A DNA stretch of 63,992 nt, filler included, from Bonamia ostreae (taxonomy: Eukaryota), in NCBI GenBank assembly GCA_040357525.1. It is 9 parts of 9 records of this genome, joined end to end, with 100 filler letters (N's around TTAATTAATTAA, not from the genome) between each part and the next. Parts side by side here need not be neighbours in the genome. Positions count along the whole stretch, not along the records: positions 58,785 to 63,992 come from JBDODL010000218.1; 8 more parts are not named here. One strand, 5' to 3'. The stretch's first letter is position 1, and each line of letters begins with the position of its first letter. The position numbers were made by a program, and so were the translations under genes. This document shows positions 61,701-63,992 of the stretch, piece after piece. The notes below the pieces were generated by a model. It did no database searches and had not been told where the DNA came from. It saw nothing but the letters and a program-made list of their open reading frames with translations.

Positions 61701-62188
61701 CCAAAATTTGTTTTATCGAAAATTGCAAAAATTAGTCAAAATTCGTTTTAATATTTGTTTTATCGAAAATTACAAAAACTTCAATAAAAAAGGAAAAAAT
61801 TATTTTCGACGAACAATCGTTTTTACTAAATGTCACAAAAAACAATTTGCCATTTCAAATTTTTACGGAATGCACTTCAATCCACAAAAAAACTTTCGAA
61901 CAACTAAATTTGGCTAAATTTAGAGATTTAGCCAAAATGTATTGTTGCTTTGTCGAATTTGCAAAAATTGCAATGACTTTTTTGCAGAAACAGTTTTCCA
62001 AACTTTTTTCTGACAAAAATTTTGAAAAATCTGTTATAAAAAATAATTTATCGGACTTTTCGGATAAGCTCGAAAATTATATATTGACAAATGCTGAGAA
62101 TAATGGCAATTTTGAGGATTTTTGTGATTTTTGGATGGCGTTTATCGGTGAAAAAATATGTTTTGATTGCGGCTTTGGCGATTTATAA
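58785..62188 (+). CDS. SAC3/GANP-family protein (PCI domain), 5' truncated; 3' extent uncertain
   Basis: PNEEKFRALNILL; ELKESKHIQLA..DPIKFFRLL..FFEACAMHQY..MR. Confidence 0.7.
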
Positions 62189-62703
62189 ATTTAACATTTT
62201 TTTTGTTAAAGAAAAATTTTGTTTTTGATAATCAATTTAATAAGACGAATTTTCATCTTTTAGATCGTTTTTAATATTTTGTAAAATTGCTTCTTCGTTG
62301 TTGTTTTTATGTTGTTCCACTAAATATAAATTTATCAATGGACGATAAAAAATTGTTTGTAAAAAATTTGCTTTCGCGATTTTGTAATAAAAAAGAATTT
62401 AAAACAAAATAAAATCAGTTTTTGAAAAAAAAATGATAAAGACTGATTTTGTGATATAAAACGATAAGCGAAAAAAGAATAAAACAAAATAAATGCGAAA
62501 ACAGAGCAGAATGCCCAGACTGGCAACTTTCTGAACAATTTGACATTTTTTTAACAGTTTTGCTTGGATCAAAAAGTTATCTTTTAAAATAAATTTTCGA
62601 AAATTACTTTGCAAATTCGATTAATAAGATAAATCGTAAAATTTTAAATTAATAAAATTTTAATTAAATTGTCTAAAAACGTCAAAATTAATATAAAATT
62701 TAT

Positions 62704-63992
62704 TTAATCTTTTCCGAGTTTTTTGTAAATCTCAAATTTGCCTTTCAAATGTTTATTCGTCAAATTAATTCGATTCCATCTTTTTTTCGGTTTGTTTTTC
62801 TTAATCGTATTTCTATTCTTTTTTATATCCTTTTTTTCAAAAATTTGATGTCCCTTTTGTCTTAATTCAGTTTTCATCATTTTTACTTTTTTATAAAATT
62901 TGAAGAAAACACCAAATTTTAGTAAATTTTATTTTAATCAAAAACAATTATCATTTTGCGAAACATTTGAAAATTTGACGCTGTTCCAAAGCACTGAAAT
63001 TTTGTCATTTTTTATCAAATTTGAACAAAAATCTGGAATTTTGAAAATTATTAAATCGCCAGTTGTCGAAGGAAAAGTCGTTATTTTATTATTTTTCTTT
63101 AAGATCTATTTTGAAAATATTTTTTTTTACAAATTTTGGCGAATTTTGACATTTTTCAAAATTTTGGAAATAAATTTTTTTAATAAATTTACGATTTTTT
63201 TTGACGAAAAACTTCGATATCTTTTTTGACATTTGGATAACAATCTTCAAAATTCGATTCCAGAATTCCATTCACATTATTTCTTAAATAATTTATCAAA
63301 TCCTCTTTATCTTTAATCCCAACCAATTTTGGCTAAATTTTATCGAAAGAATTAACAAAAAAATTTTAGTAAAAAATTAGCCAACTTTGTAAAAAAAGAT
63401 TTCTTCGTCGTTAAAATTGATTTCGGAACCAACATTTGTATTCGCTCTCAAATTTAGAGAATATTTTTCCATTTCTTTTTCCGATTCGATTTTAATCTTT
63501 TTTCCGAGAAAAACAGTTTCGGAAAATATTTCCGTCAAAGTGGACTTTTTTCTTTTTTCTTTTAAAAATTCGATAGCCGATTTTATGACAAATCGAATGT
63601 GCTTTAAAATTTAGCCAGTAATTAAAGAAAATATTTAATTATTTGAATTAAAATTTAGCCCGTAATTTAGAAAAATGGAGTTTCTATAAAAACTGGTTTT
63701 TTGGTTTTATTTGTGTCCATTGCGAATTTAGAAAATGATTGGCTAATTTTTTTTAAATTTATTAATCTTTTTATTATTTGTGAAATTTTTTATTCAATAA
63801 AGATTTAATCTCTCAATTTTTTCGTTTTATCGTTTGCGGGTTTGTCGACTTTGGCATTTACTCTGTTTTCGTAGATATTTCGTTCTGCATTTAAAAATTT
63901 CTTGATAAATTGGTGATTTTTATTATTTTTACTAAATTAATAACAAAATTTCGTTTATTTTTGCAATTTTTGAGATTGTTTAATAACAAAGT
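62704..63992 (-). CDS. GTF2E2: TFIIE beta subunit, multi-exon; start unresolved
   Basis: IKDKEDLINYL..GILESNFEDCYPNVKKDI, LWNSVK, basic tail ending LTNKHL. Confidence 0.6.

Noticed and set aside
1-63992. Alternative genetic code or programmed frameshifting to explain fragmented ORFs
   Set aside because: Nearly all breaks examined in conserved genes resolve with short GT-AG introns, and TAA, TAG and TGA all occur as terminal stops

Overview
This window is eukaryotic and is not one locus. It is nine ~7.1-7.4 kb draft contigs joined by artificial 100-nt spacers (44 N + TTAATTAATTAA + 44 N), with the complete contigs sorted by decreasing length. The DNA is AT-rich and gene-dense, from a compact protist genome. 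The tiny introns, divergent proteins and mitochondrial MECR/citrate carrier would fit an ascetosporean parasite such as a haplosporidian, but that is inference only. Recognisable genes include MECR, STE24, WDR36/UTP21, UCHL5, an ING-like gene, SLC25A1, an F-box/LRR protein, an Aa_trans transporter, POT1, importin-beta, eIF2A, NOP10, PAF1, NUS1, two L-type lectins, a cyclin, RPL5, SAC3/GANP and TFIIE-beta. There are also orphan surface proteins, satellites and transposon relics. The main signal is the splicing system. Most introns I could reconstruct are 19-27 nt GT-AG introns with U-rich donors (GTTT...) and A-rich acceptors, often AAG. They have no polypyrimidine tract and often have self-complementary ends. 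Other highlights are a NOP10 with archaeal-style zinc-ribbon cysteines, an acylated AGC pseudokinase, and lectin paralogs with homogenised 3' ends. All gene models were spliced by eye and need RNA-seq confirmation.
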